Below are positions 39,485 to 52,540 of a DNA stretch of 64,000 nucleotides, one piece after another; position 1 is the stretch's first letter; every line of letters begins with the position of its first letter. The stretch spans positions 32,924,001 through 32,988,000 of the forward strand of contig NC_045697.1 of the NCBI RefSeq assembly GCF_009834535.1. Direction: 5' to 3'. This DNA comes from Camelus ferus (lineage: Eukaryota). The translations under genes and the position numbers were made by a program. The notes below the pieces were generated by a model. The model ran no database searches, was not told where the DNA came from, and saw only the letters and a program-made list of their open reading frames with translations.

Positions 39485-40429
39485 ATTAAAAATGTTTTCT
39501 TATTAAATACCCACTTTTCTTTATACACATATGACTATACAGTACACCATTTGCTCTTCTATGTAACTTGCATTTAGTAATTATTTGTCTAATGTCTGCT
39601 ATGTAAAACATAGACATTTATCTCACAGTGTTCAATTGTGCAGGGTAATAAGGCCAGATATTTTTTGTGGCTTTGTATAAAACAGTGAAAACTGATGGAG
39701 ATCCTGAAGACCTCCATGTTTATTGGACTGAGAATGTTAAAATTTGAGGGATCCAGGATACACTTCTTCTCCTAAAGGAACCGAGGTGCCAGCATTGTTA
39801 ATGGTCAATCTCCAACATCACCAAAACAAAAACGTTCACCCTAAGAGGTCGTGTGCTCCCACCTCCCTCCTGCCAGGGTCCAGTGATCCTACATACAGGC
39901 AGCAGCTGACTACTGGGAGTCTTAGAGAGGTGGGAAGACAGAAAGAGAGGAACCACATGTCAAAGTAGAACATGCTTGATCTTCCTAAAGCTAGAAGACC
40001 GGCATCTCACAGCCATGTATTTAAAGTAATAAGTTAAGAATAAGCAAGTATTTGTTTCATCTCCTTGAGCAAATGTAGGAAAAAAAAAAACAAACAAACC
40101 AGAACAGAGCAGGACAAGACAAAGAAAGAAACCAAACACCTAGTCAAATTCCCCCCCCACTAGTAAAATGGGAGGCAAGATTTATTTACATCTGACTAAG
40201 CCATACTTCTCTTTGGGGGAAGATTTTAAGAATAAGATGGAGAAGGAAAGCCAGAGCTAATCCCCAGCAAGCTCTCCATATGTGATAAGAAAAGGAAACT
40301 TTCAATTTCTATAAACTAAGGCTGAAAAATAAGGGAAGAAATGAAAATAGGTAATTCTCCTAAATGAAGTACAATGAGATTCTTTTAAATCTTCAGTGAA
40401 GCTAAACATTTGACCAGTTGTGCATAATG

Positions 40430-41158
40430 GCTACTCCACACACCAGCGAACATCAGTGGCTATGGCTGAGTCCCGCCTCTCTTCTTGGGAGAAGCGCTAG
40501 CAGGGGTGCTGCAGGCCTCCAGAGGCTGGCACGGCCCAGCTGTGCTGCGCCCCTCCCACCAACACGCATCAGCAGTGTTGCTTTTTCACTTTTTTTTTTT
40601 TTTTTTTTTTTTAATGTGGGACTCAGGCTGTTCTGTCCTACGTACACTCCCTGTCACGGCCCACAGCACATTGCAGCCCCCTGAAGCTGCCTCTGTGCAG
40701 TCGGCCTCAGCCCTCCACCGGGGTTGGGAACCCCGTTCTGGACGACCCCCACCAACTTGAGTCTAGGCCTGGGGATCGCAGGGACCCTTTGTGCCGATTT
40801 TTCTCAGTTCTTTCAGCCAAATGGCCGCTGTGCACTCCTCCGAGCCTTGGCAGTTCCCCCTCAATCCCGTTGACCTCTCCACTGGAGAGGGGGCGCCCCA
40901 GCATAAGAGCACTATTCCTCCTTTGTCACTCCCTCCCCGTGTGACAGGTCTCGCACTAATTTCCTTTTTCTTCTTTTTTTTTTCCTCCTACCAGAATTTG
41001 TGAGAAATTTTGTCTTTTGAAGAAGGTGATGTTCTGTCAAATTCAGCAGGTGTTCTGAGTGAATGGTGGGTCCGTGGATGTGTCTCTTGGTGTATTCATG
41101 GGAGAGAGTGAGCTAAGGGTGTCCTTCTACTCCGCTATCTTGGCTACTCAGCACCTCA
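40430..41158 (-). mobile_element. Isolated GC-rich L1 5'UTR fragment
   Basis: The minus strand starts ...GCCAAGATAGCGGAGTAGAAGGACACCCTTAGCTCAC...CAGAACACCTGCTGAA, matching the AAGATGGCGGAGTAG-type L1 5' start. Locally high GC/CpG. Confidence 0.75.
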
Positions 41159-41279
41159 CTTAATGTTAATTACATCTTTTTATATGTTCTCAAATGATAC
41201 ACATGCATTGTGTTACCACAGGTATCTGAGAAACCAGTGGGTATCATTAAAAGCAGTTGTTTTTTTCTTTCTTTGACAT

Positions 41280-41596
41280 ATTGCACTGTCTAATACAGTA
41301 GCCACTAGCCGTGTGGCTAATCAGCATATAAAATATGGCTTGTGTAAATTGAGATGTGCTGTAAAAAGGAAAACAAAAGACAACAAAAACACCAGGTTTC
41401 AAATGCTTGGTACAAAAAGATAACTATCTCATTCATACATTATATATTGGTATTTCATATAAAGTTTTGAATATAACGACTGGTGTGTAAATGTCATTAA
41501 AATAGGTTCATCTGATTTTCTATCCTTTTGTTTAAGCATAGTTACTAAAAATTCAAAAAGGACTTACTTGACTTACATTATATAGGACTGCTCTAA
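41280..41596. mobile_element. MER33-like hAT-Charlie DNA transposon
   Basis: GCACTGTCTAATACAGTAGCCACTAGCCGTGTGGCTA...AATTGAGATGTGCTGTAA...TTACATTATATAGGACTGC. Confidence 0.8.
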
Positions 41597-42424
41597 CAAA
41601 AGTTGATACTATCTTTTCTGTTTTGCACTCTTTAGAGAGATCCTTGTAGCAAAACATAATGCTCAATTCTGTATCTATGCATGTAGAAATTGTCTTTTCA
41701 TAGAAAATGGCCAAGGAAATGTTATGATCTAAGCATATCTGCATTTATTTATGTCCTTAAATGGTACTGGTAGATTAGACAAGCATGATTTCCTTTATAG
41801 AAGCAGTTTGCAGTTCTTCAAGTAGGAAGCTTACTGAGGTGGACACAGATCTAAGTCTTATTATGCATTCTACAGCCTGTCATTTAAGGACATGAAGCAT
41901 ACTGGTCTATAGTTCCCCAGGGCCTATTTCAGTCTTTCATTTAAAATGATTCAATTTAATCCAGACCAATCTAATACATATTGGTTACATTTTTCACAAT
42001 TTTCAGTGGCAATTTGCCAGACCCTGCTCAAGTGAGTTTCTCTTTTACTTAATATCAATGAAGAATAAATGATGCAAAAGGTGCATAGGGATAAGGAATA
42101 AGTGAATAGAAATAGTTAACTAGCATCTCCCTTGGTCCTTCAAGGAGATAGAGTGGAAGCTAGCCAAGTACTAAGGCCATATCAGCACTCAGAGGTCTCA
42201 GAGGTCTCCTTACAGATGTGTGAGGTGACCCTGTAGGAACAGATTTTCAAGTTCTATACATTTTGGGAAAATGTTCATATGTTCATAGCAAATATAAGCC
42301 CCTCTTCTGTATATAGCAATGTGGTAGATTAAAAACTACAGTTGCGGAATTCAGAAAAGTATAAGTTCAATTGCAACATTAACCACATTTGTTCACTATA
42401 TTCCTAGACTAGACTACTTAGGGC

Positions 42425-45365
42425 GGTAGTTGTTTCAGATTGGCTTCTTTTGCTAAGTGATATGCGTTAAAGATTCCTCCATGTCTTTTTGTGGCCTAAT
42501 AGCTTATTTTTGTTTTATCACTGAATGGTATTCATTTGATGGATTTGATTTATCCATTCACTTATTGAGCAATATCTTGGTTATATCCTGAGTATTATGG
42601 GTAAAACTGCTATACGCATTCACAAGTAGGCTTTTTCTTGTGGACACCAATTTTCAGCTCATTTGGATAAATATCTAGGAGAGCAATGTTTGTATCATAT
42701 GCTAAGAATGTGTCTAGCTTTGTAGAAAAAGTGCCAAATTTTCTTCCAAAGTGACTGTATCATTTTGCATTCCCACCTGGAGTGAATTAGAGTCCCTGTT
42801 GTTCCACATCCTTGTCAACATATTGAGCATCTTTACATATGCACATTTGCCATCTGTGTATCTTAATTATTGAGGTGTCTCTTCAGATATTTTTACCGAT
42901 TTTTTTCAATTTTCCTGTTTTCAATTTAATTGCCTTCCTACTTTAATTATACTGATTTCTGCTTTATTTTTTATTATTTCTTCTGTTTGTTCTAAGCTTA
43001 AATTGGACTCCTTTCCCTAGTTTCCTAACAGCTTAAATGAGTGATTTTAGATTTTTATTCATTTCTAGTATATGCATTTAATGGTATTAATTTCCCTCTA
43101 AGCAATACTTTTGCTGATCCAAAATTTGACTTGAAAATACCTTCATTGTGTTCAATGTATTTTAATAATTTCTCTTAAGATTTCTTCTTTGAGCCACATG
43201 TGATTAAGAAGTGTGTTGTTTAATTTTCAAAATATTTTGGGGTTTTTTTTCTAGCTATATTTCTGTTATTGATTTCCAGTTTAATTCCACTGAGGTCTGA
43301 CAGCATTCTTTGTACGATCTATTCTTTTACATTTTTTAGTGTATTTTATAGCTCTGATATTGAGTGTCTTGGTAAATATTCCGTGTGAACTTGAGAAGAA
43401 TATGTATTTTGCTGTCGTTGAGTATTCTTTAAATGTCAGTTACATCCAGCTGCCTGATGATACTGTTCAAGTCAACCATACCCTTATTAATTTTTAGCAG
43501 GATTTATTTATCAATTACTGAAAGAGAGATGTTGAAATCTCCAAGTATACTAGCATAATTTTTCTATTTCTCTTTGCTGTTCTATCATTTTCTCACATAT
43601 TTTGATGTTCTGTGGTTAGATATATACATGTTAAAGTTGTTATGTGGTTTAGAGAATTGATTATTTTGTCGTCGTGATATTCCTCTCTATGATGTTTCCT
43701 TGTTCTGAAATCTGCCTTAATTGAAATTAATAAAGATAGTCCAGCTTTCTTTTGATTCATTTTAGCATCGTTATGTCTTTCTCCACCCCTTATCTTTTAA
43801 CTGATAATGTGCCTTCATATTTAGAGTGGGTTTCTTAAAAATCATGTATAGTTCATTTTTTAAAATACTCTGGCAGTCTTTGTTTTTTAATGGGTGTACT
43901 TAGACCATTCACATTTAAAGTTATTATTGATATGGTTAAGTTAATATTTACCATATTTGTAGCTTTTCTATTCCTCACACTTATAATTTGTTTCCTTTAT
44001 TTCCTTCCCTTCTTTTTCTCTCTTCTCTGATTACTTGATCATTTTACGTTATTCCATTTTCTCTCTTCTAAGAATGTAAATTATACTTCTTTTAAAAGTT
44101 TTTTTTAGTGATTGCCCTAGAGTTTTCAATAAACAGACTAATCCAAGTCCAATTTCAAATAAAACTATATAGCTTCATGGATAATGCAAACACCATATAT
44201 CCGATTAATTCCAATTTCCCCTTCCTGTCCTTTGTGAAATAGGTATCTTTCATTTAGCTTATGTATATCCTATAATCACTCAATACATTGTTACTATTAT
44301 TACTGTAAAAAGTTATCTATTGGATCATTTAAAAATAAAAAATTATAGTTTACTTTCATTTATTCTTTCTCTAGTGTTCCTCTTTTCTTCGCTCAGATTT
44401 ATTTATCAAGTTTCTGATCTGTATCTATTTTCTTCTTTCCCAAAGAACTTCTTTTAAAATTTCTTGCTGCTAATTGTGTCTACTGGTCATTACTTCCTTC
44501 AGTATTTATTTGTCTGAGAAATTCTTTATTTCTTCTTCATTTTTTGAAGAATAATATCATTGAGTGTAGAAAACTGTTTGGTAGTTTTTTTCCCCATTAT
44601 TTTCAGCATTTTACTCTATTCTTTTCTTGCTCTCAAAGTTTCTGATGAGAAATCTGCTACAATTCATGTCTTTGTTCCCCTCTAGCTAAGTTGTATTTTT
44701 CTTCTGACTTCTTTTAGTAGTTTCTCTTTCTTTTTTTTTTTACTGCAGTTTGGGTATGATATGCTAGGTATAGATTTTTTGGTCTTTATTCCATTGGTGT
44801 TCTCTGAGCTTCCTGGAACAGTGCTTTGTTGTTTGTTAATATTGGAACATTCTCAGGTATGACTATATCAAATATTTCTTTTCTATTCTCTGTCTGTTCT
44901 TCTCTGCTATTGCAACTGAATGTCTGTTGCATCTTTTAAAGTTGTACCACAGCACATTTTTGAATATTCTGGTTTTTTTTCGTTAATTTTTATTTTTGTC
45001 AAATTTCAGTTTAGGAAGTTTATAGTGACATATCTTCATATTCCCTGACTTCTTTCTCAGTTGTATTTAGTTTTCTAATAAGCCTATCAAAGGCACTTTT
45101 CATATCTGTTACAGTGCTTTTGATTTCTGGCATTTTCTTGGAGTGCCCATCTCTTTGTTTACACTACTCACCTATTCTTGTACACTGTCTACTTTTTTGC
45201 TTAGAGCTCCAAACATATTAATTCTATTTATTTTAAATTTTCTGATAATTCCAAAATCTCTGTTATTTCTGACTCTGTTTTGTATCTTCAGACTGTATTT
45301 TTTTACATTTTTTAATCATACCTTGAATTTTTTTGTTGCTGTTGTTGTTAAAAGCTGCACTAGGC
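42425..45365 (-). mobile_element. Old L1 (L1MC-type), internally deleted: 3'UTR, ORF2 end, ORF2 EN, spacer and ORF1
   Basis: TTTCAGATTGGCTTCTTT...AAGATTCCTCCATGTCTTTTTGTGGC (L1MC 3'UTR), TTCCAAAGTGACTGTATCATTTTGCATTCCCACC, ACTTGAGAAGAATATGTATT (EN) and TTTCTGATGAGAAATCTGCT (ORF1). Confidence 0.85.
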
Positions 45366-45421
45366 AATGCCAGTAATTGCAGCTTATTATGAATGTAATT
45401 ACAGCATGATTTGAAAGAAAG

Positions 45422-45600
45422 AAAACATTTACTGAACATTTACTGTGTAATAAGTTCTCTTAAACAATGCATTTGTGTTGTCTTATTCAATATTCAAAGC
45501 AAATTATTATCTTCCTTCTACACATAAGGAAAATACAGTTCTAAAATACCAAATACTAGTACAGCTAGTGAACAATGCAATCTAGATTGAATAATTCTAT
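45422..45600 (-). mobile_element. MIR SINE remnant
   Basis: AACATTTACTGAACATTTACTGTGT...TCTTATTCAAT...TACACATAAGGAAA. Confidence 0.5.
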
Positions 45601-48324
45601 ATGACTATATGGCATTTATTTCTAAAATATATTTTACAATAAATCAACATAGTCTCAGTTTTAGAGAAAAACAAACACATATTTTTGTAAGGCAGGATTT
45701 CAAAGGCTAAATTAATAAAGGTTGATGACATTAAATATATCAAAATTACTTCCTAAAATTAAAAAAAAAAAGCCACAATAATGGATTTTGACCACGTCAA
45801 ACCTACTAGAAATAAAACTTTAAAGAAAAATCTAAACTTTTAATATTTATAAGAAAATAATGAATATAATGAATGCTTGTATATTTATTATTTTTACAAA
45901 TCCTAAAACTGAATTATGGCATTTGGGAAAATGTTGACTTACCAAGCTGTGGAAAGTAAAAGGAAAACAAAAACATCATCCTAAAGTTTCATGGGAATAT
46001 TTATTATATCTAGTAGTCAACATCTCTTTGTTCATTTTTTTTGATACTTTAAATATTTTTAACATTTGTGTGACCCAAAGACCTCCAAACCTGAGCATTT
46101 TCTTTTCCCACAATTACCAGATAGCTTTATTTCCAAAAAATAGGAATATACTGGAGTTGAAAAATTATTGATGTCACCAAGCAAAATAGATGTTAATATA
46201 GGAAAAATCTGATGCTATATTGATTTATTTTTTGATTATTTATTTACTAAGCAAAGAAGTAATTAAGAAGCTGTTTAGTAACAAAACCTGGTCCTGGGCT
46301 GCAATATTTAAATCCTTCAGCTTTTCAGTATTATTTCAATTTTTAAATTTGATTTTCCAAATGACACATACTTTCCAAATGGCACAGGTAAATACTGTAG
46401 TAATTCACTTGGGTGAACAATGTAGACTAGAATGGGCATATAAAACTATCAACTTTGAGTGACATATTAAGGGAATTGGAAAGTATCCTGTATAATGTGA
46501 GATACTTTTTAAGTGTTCTGGGCAGGAGGATGACATAATAAACATGAAAACGTGATATCACATAAATATTAACCTGGCAGGACTGTTCAAGATGGATTGG
46601 AGGCAGCAAGAATGAAAGCAAGAGGGCAGAACATAGATCTGATGTGATCCAGGCTTCCACTGATAGACTTGAACTAGGCTAGTAGAAATATGATGGAATA
46701 CAATTGGAATGCATGTAAAGCAGACCTGGTAACTGTATTTTTGGATGAAAGTGAGAAAGAAGAAAATTTATAAGTTTGAATTAGTGGGAGAATTATGTTT
46801 TACCTCACTGGACTGGAACACAGATAAATTCCTATCCAGAAGAACAACGCAACCCTTTCTATCAGAGTAAGATGTGGGTAGGTGTGTATATTTACTCACA
46901 ATAAAATGCAAACCTAGTAAAAATACTTATTTTTGATATCCTTTATGTTTGACTTAAGAATGAGTTGGAGAATAGAATGCATATAAATAGATGTTCTTCA
47001 TGACCAGATAGACCTACCACCATGTTTGACAGGGAAATTTCGAAAGGCAATAATTAAGATATTGTAGGACAAGCTGGAGGGGATTTTAAAAAGAACTCTA
47101 AGAAACTAAAATCAACACTTAAAGAGAAATCATTGAACTACTCCAAAGCATAAATTCTATCTTAAAAAAAGGTAGAAAAATATGCCTAAATTTAATCAGA
47201 AGAGATCATGCCCTCTGAGCTTCTTTTTCCATTATCTTAGAGAAGAACCTACTTATCAGAATTTAAGTTTTAAGCCAATACTATATTGAGTTTAAACACT
47301 TAGCTACTTATAGGGGAAAAAAAGGACTGTATCAGTGACTACTATGGAAAATTAATAATTTAAATTGGCAACAACTCATGTTTTCTGTGTCATTTCAGAA
47401 AGCCATTACAAAAAATTATTTTGAATCCTTGATAAAGAGGCAAAGATAGAAGTAAAAGATTTAGGTGCTAGAAATTGACTTTCAGTTGAAAGTCTTTAAC
47501 AGATCTGTGATTCTCATTGTCACAGTAACTGCAGCCTGTACCCATTTTTTAAATATACATTAAGGTTTTTATATGAAAGAAAAATGCATATGCAGGTTTA
47601 TTTTAGTAAATAACTCAAAAAGTTCACGTAGTTTTCTCATAATTCAGTGTTCCTGTGAAGACTTAAAATATGATTAAATGGATTTTGCCGATAGCTTGTT
47701 TAACCAACAGTGTTATTTTTCCTTGCTTCTACTCAGATTTAACATCATTAACTGATTGCATCACTTTACTGTTTAAGAAGCTGTGAATATACTTAGAATT
47801 TGGTCCAATTGAGTAGTTGTTATTGATATGAAATATGCAACTAAAGCACACATTTAGAATACATTCTATACACTTGTCAAGGAACCTTTTATTTCTCCAT
47901 GTAATTTAATCAAATATTGGCTCTGTTTATTCACTGGGTGTTGAATCAGTTCCACAGCAAAACTGAGACTTAAAAGCAACAATAAAACAAGGAAAATTGA
48001 TTGAGAAATTTCTAATTCTTTTGGCTACTTTAATTCATTATTTACTTAAATATTCATCCATATAGATGATTTTAGCCTATTGATTATCCTAATTATAGCT
48101 TCTAGATACTAATGTAAATATTTAACTATTGCTAGCCTAACACTCTGAGGAGTGTATTTCAATAGAAGCTATTTTCAATTTTTTTCATGCTAAGATATTA
48201 GCAATGGGAAGATTAACCTTCTATTCCTACACATGAAGTTCTAAATTCTCTACAGTTTGGTTTCCCATAGAACCCTTGAAAATGTTTGTATACACTCTAA
48301 GGAAAAATATCTGTATGTGTCCAG

Positions 48325-48477
48325 ATACTGATATAGATGTAGATATGATTTACACATATATGTATATATATGATTGTATATGTATATATACATATATGTG
48401 TGTAGGTACTGTATGTATATGTGTATATATATGAGTGTGTATATATATATAGAGAGAAAGAGTGAGAGAGAGAGAGA
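48325..48477. repeat. Degenerate (TA/TG)n low-complexity tract followed by (GA)n
   Basis: Seen directly. It accounts for ORF 48297-48491. Confidence 0.9.
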
Positions 48478-49739
48478 TCCTGTTTACTCAAGTGTCATTT
48501 TACTGATTTTTTAAAAAATTAATTAGTGACAGATTTCTTAGCTGCTTAACTCCTATTCCTCTTGGGAGACTGAAGGAAACAGACTTGTAGCTACCTCCTA
48601 GGCACTGCTGTATATCCTGGAAGCCTTCAGTCTACCCTTCTGACTCACACCCACCTCATTACCCCACCCTGATTTGGGGTATATCACCGATCATAATTTT
48701 ATCATACATTTAAAATATTCTCTTACAACTGTCGGTGTTTGTTCCTCTCCTGCACCAGATGAAAGCTTCTTAAGGACAGAAGTTTTCTTTTATTTAGCCC
48801 CAATATTTAAAGGGAACTAATACCAAATAAGTACTCAGTTTTTTGAAACTTCACACTATTTCCAGATCATTTATAAAAACGTCTCTGATAATTTCAGCCC
48901 TCATATTTCTCTCTGCAATATATTACCTGTTATGTGTACCATCTACTTTGGTACTTCCTTGTATATAGCATTATGTTGTTCCCTAAATATTTTGTGTTTT
49001 CTCTTTTTACATAACGAAAATATAAACTCATGAGGTTAAAGTTCAGCTTCTTTATTCCATTCTTCCCCTAATGGGAGCAGTACTATTCATACTGATGTTC
49101 AGTAAGTAGATACTAAAAGAAAAAACTTGCAATTATTTCTTTATAAAATTTGGTTTAAATTAAAAATAAAACTATTATACGGTAAGAAAGGAAGTGAGTA
49201 ATCCATTACATGAAGAAAAGCTGAACACAAAAAATTAAGTATCTTTTTCATGACTAAGAAATATTTTATGGAGTTAGGAATAGTCTTCTAAGCTTTTCGT
49301 CTGAGATTTTTATATTATAATATATATGGCATTCACAATGTCTTCTTGAATGCATCATAAAGACACAGCCTCTGAGAATAATAAAGTGGATGAAATCTAT
49401 GAAAATGAAACTGAAAGTTATGATTTAAATCACAGATACATTTACAAAAAATCTAAAATTATGTTAAAAAGTATAAGGGTGATAAAATAAATGATTATCA
49501 AAATACCTATATACTTAAACAAGAAGTCCCTTAATGAAAGATAACTAAAGGGATTAAATGGTTTTGATTTGATTTGATTTTGTTTGTTTATTTGTTTATT
49601 CTAAATCCCATAGACTAGTTGTCTCTTTAAACAACTAAAGACAATTAGGGAATGGAACAAGTTGGCAAAAGGAGTTAACCTGATGTAATAGATTATACTA
49701 TTATTCTTCTCTTCCTCCTTGTTATAGAATTATTAGGAA

Positions 49740-49810
49740 TGTGACTTTGCATCACTTTCCATAAAAGTGGGCCGCATATATTTTTCTACCTCATTGATGT
49801 TGGGCTTGCA
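49740..49810 (+). mobile_element. MLT1G/H-like LTR fragment
   Basis: TGTGACTTTGCATCACTTTCCATAAAAGTGGG...TATTTTTCTACCTCATTGATGTTGGGCTTG. Confidence 0.45.
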
Positions 49811-49879
49811 CTAATCTGAAGCCTGTTCTTCAGTTTGAGTAATGGAAATTTCATCCTTCAATGCAAATTAGAACACATC

Positions 49880-50670
49880 ACTTTAATCCCCCTGTTGCCT
49901 TCTTAAAGACACTGCTTCAAGATTTCTTCCTTCCTCTTGTACATTGTGGAGGTGGGGGGGTTGGGGGGGGCTTTGTACTTGATCATTCCAAGCAATATAT
50001 AAACATGGGATAGTTTCTTCCAACTTAAAATAAATGCAGACTTTTTTTCCAGACCGTGTTATCCTGACCAGCTACCCTTTGCACCAAAGCCCCTCAAAAG
50101 GGTGTAGCATATTTAAGGTCTATAATTCTTCTTGTCTTATTCATTCTTCAACATATTATAATCAGATCTTGTCAAGGTCACCAAAGAAGTCCACTGTTGA
50201 TAAACCCAATTGTCAATTCTCATATCTTATCTTACTCAATTTTCACAGTATTTGACAAATTATCATTCCTGGTTAACATCTTTTCACTTGACCTGATGCC
50301 TCACGTTCTTGGTTTTCTTTCAGTCTCCCTGGTTTCTTCTTCTCAGTCTCCACTGCTGATTCCTCTCTTCTCTCTTACAAGGAACATCTTAATTTTAGAG
50401 TGTCTCAGGGGTCAGTAGTACTTGTGTCACTTTTCTTCTTTATCTACACTTGTTTCCCTGGTATGCTCACAAACATACATTAATTATCTCCAAATTTATT
50501 TCCCTATCCCAGATTTCTATCCTAAATTCCGGACTTATATGGTCACTGACTACTCAATATTTCTACTGCAATTTTTCATAGAAAGTTAAAATTTAGTATC
50601 CTGACAACTTACCTCCTGGTTTTTCCTTCCAAATTGTTCTACAATCAATCATTTCCATCACAGTTATTGA
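49880..50670 (+). mobile_element. L2 LINE ORF2/RT region
   Basis: CTTGTCAAGGTCACCAA, CTTATCTTACTCAATTTTCACAGTATTTGACA (LxxAFD), GAGTGTCTCAGGGGTCAGT (GVPQGS) and TTTATCTACACT. Confidence 0.8.
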
Positions 50671-51907
50671 ATCTCTAAGGCCTTTCTAATCATCAACGTT
50701 CCTTTCACTAAAGTTAAAATCCAATTCAACAAACATTTATTGAGCAGCAAACCCTCCAATATACTAAAGATATAAGAGTTCTGTGTTCCATCCCACCAGA
50801 ACGCCACCTATAGAATCCCACTGAGGAACCTCAACCCATGGAACCGCACATATGGAACCTTACCTAGCTCCTGAATACAGTTGAATAGTTGTACAGTCTG
50901 TGTTACTGGACATTGTAGAAACAAAAATAAATGAGGGGCTCCTAGTCCAAACTAAAACTGAGGGCAGTGAGCAGTGATGGTCATTGGGAGTTGAGCTTAA
51001 AAGTTTGACACAAATTTCATAAGTGAAACTTTATGTTACATTGACCTTTTACAAGTTGAATTCAGCAAGCATATACTGAAAACCTATTATGGTAAAGTCT
51101 TGGGTTAGGTGCTTTTAGAAAAAGTTGTCTTAAAAATAAATACAATATGATCTTTGACCTCAAGGAGAGAAGAAGATAGATTCATCTGTATATTGAATGA
51201 AACTAAAAATGGAGAAAGTTGAGACTCAAGAAGCCTGATATGTTCTAAAATGTATTTGACCCAAGTGTAAAAAAGAATGATGAAATAATGAATAAAGCAC
51301 AAACAAATGTCAAAAGTCAAAAAATGTTGGACAGAACACAATCATGAACAGCAAGAAAAGAGAAAGGGCACCAGTGATCAAGTTTTAATTTATTCAACCT
51401 TCCCATTGGGAGCTTGACTAAGTTTATTAGTCTCTCTCCATACCTTTCACTCATAGATCAAGTAAAAAAATTTTGTACCTTATTATTTGTGGGAGGCACA
51501 TACAGCCTTTCTTGGGCTATGTCTCTACTTTTCACAATGAAACTGTCCTCAGAGCACAGATATTTACTCCTCAATCATGGAATAGACTCTTCACAGGTAA
51601 GGGAGACTTGCAATTGTCAAGCACTGAGTGTGACTGAGATAGGAGTCTACTTCATTAAAGAGCGTAACATTATAAAGTCCTTTGTGATCCTATACTTAAA
51701 AGTCTCCTTCATGAATCAACTTTATTACTAATAAAGCTTGATGCTCATTTGTCTATATTCCACATCTCTCAATTCACTCACTCTCTACTCTGGAAAAGAT
51801 AATGGAGCAGTTTAATACTGAATGCTAAACTCAACAGAGATGTGGTTAAAAAGTGACCATCACTATACTAAGGTCAGAAAGAGTAGAAAGATTATATATA
51901 TGTGGTT

Positions 51908-52032
51908 TAAAAAATTCTTATTGAATTATAGTTGACTTATAATATTATATGTTACAGGTATATAATATAGTGATTTGCAATTTTTAAAGGTTAAACTCTA
52001 TTTATAGTTTTTATAAAATATTTACTATATAT
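51908..52032 (-). mobile_element. L1 3' terminal fragment
   Basis: TTATTGAATTATAGTTGACTTATAATATTATATGTTACAGGTATATAATATAGTGATT, an antisense L1 3' end. Confidence 0.7.
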
Positions 52033-52150
52033 TGCTATTATATATTTAAACTAGTTATTTTAGAAAAAGGACTTTAATTAGTATGGGGAGGAGAAGCCAG
52101 ATTGCAAGAGTGAAAGAAGTACGTGAGTGATTAAGAAATGAAATTAATGA

Positions 52151-52540
52151 ATACCATATGATATCACCTATATATGGAATCTAAAAAAAATAAAAAGACA
52201 AATGAACTTATATATAAAACAGGAATCAGACTCACAAACATAGAATACAGACTTGTGGTTGCCAGGTGGGAAGGGGGTGAGAAAGAATAAACTGGGGGTT
52301 CGAGATTTGCAGATACTGACTGGTATATATAAAATAGATAAACAAGTTTATACTGTATAGCACAGTGAAATATATTCAATATCTTGTGGTAACTTATGGT
52401 GAAAAAGAATATAAAAATGAATATATGGATATTCATGTATGACTGAAGCATTGTGCTGTACCCCAGAAATTGACACAACATTGTAAACTGACTACACCTC
52501 AATTAAAAAAAAAAAAACAGTTGTGAAAGAATTTTAAACA
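52151..52540 (+). mobile_element. Young 5'-truncated L1 (3'UTR only) with poly(A) and 18-bp TSD
   Basis: ATACCATATGATATCACCTATATATGGAATCTAAAA...CCAGAAATTGACACAACATTGTAAACTGACTACACCTCAATT followed by A13. TSD AAGAAATGAAATTAATGA at 52133-52150 and 52541-52558. Confidence 0.92.

Noticed and set aside
39690..39990. Moderately GC-rich unique stretch as a possible processed pseudogene
   Set aside because: No recognisable protein in the frames examined and no clear poly(A)/TSD.
40418..41003. Cluster of overlapping ORFs in the GC-rich region
   Set aside because: Explained by stop-codon scarcity in an L1 5'UTR. The poly-F/K runs come from homopolymers.
49948..49970. G7-TT-G8 tract as a possible G-quadruplex
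   Set aside because: A short homopolymer expansion inside an L2 remnant with no functional context.
51370..51735. 105-aa ORF and a tail faintly like ancient Deu/CR1-type SINE ends
   Set aside because: The resemblance is too weak to call by eye and the peptide is unrecognisable.
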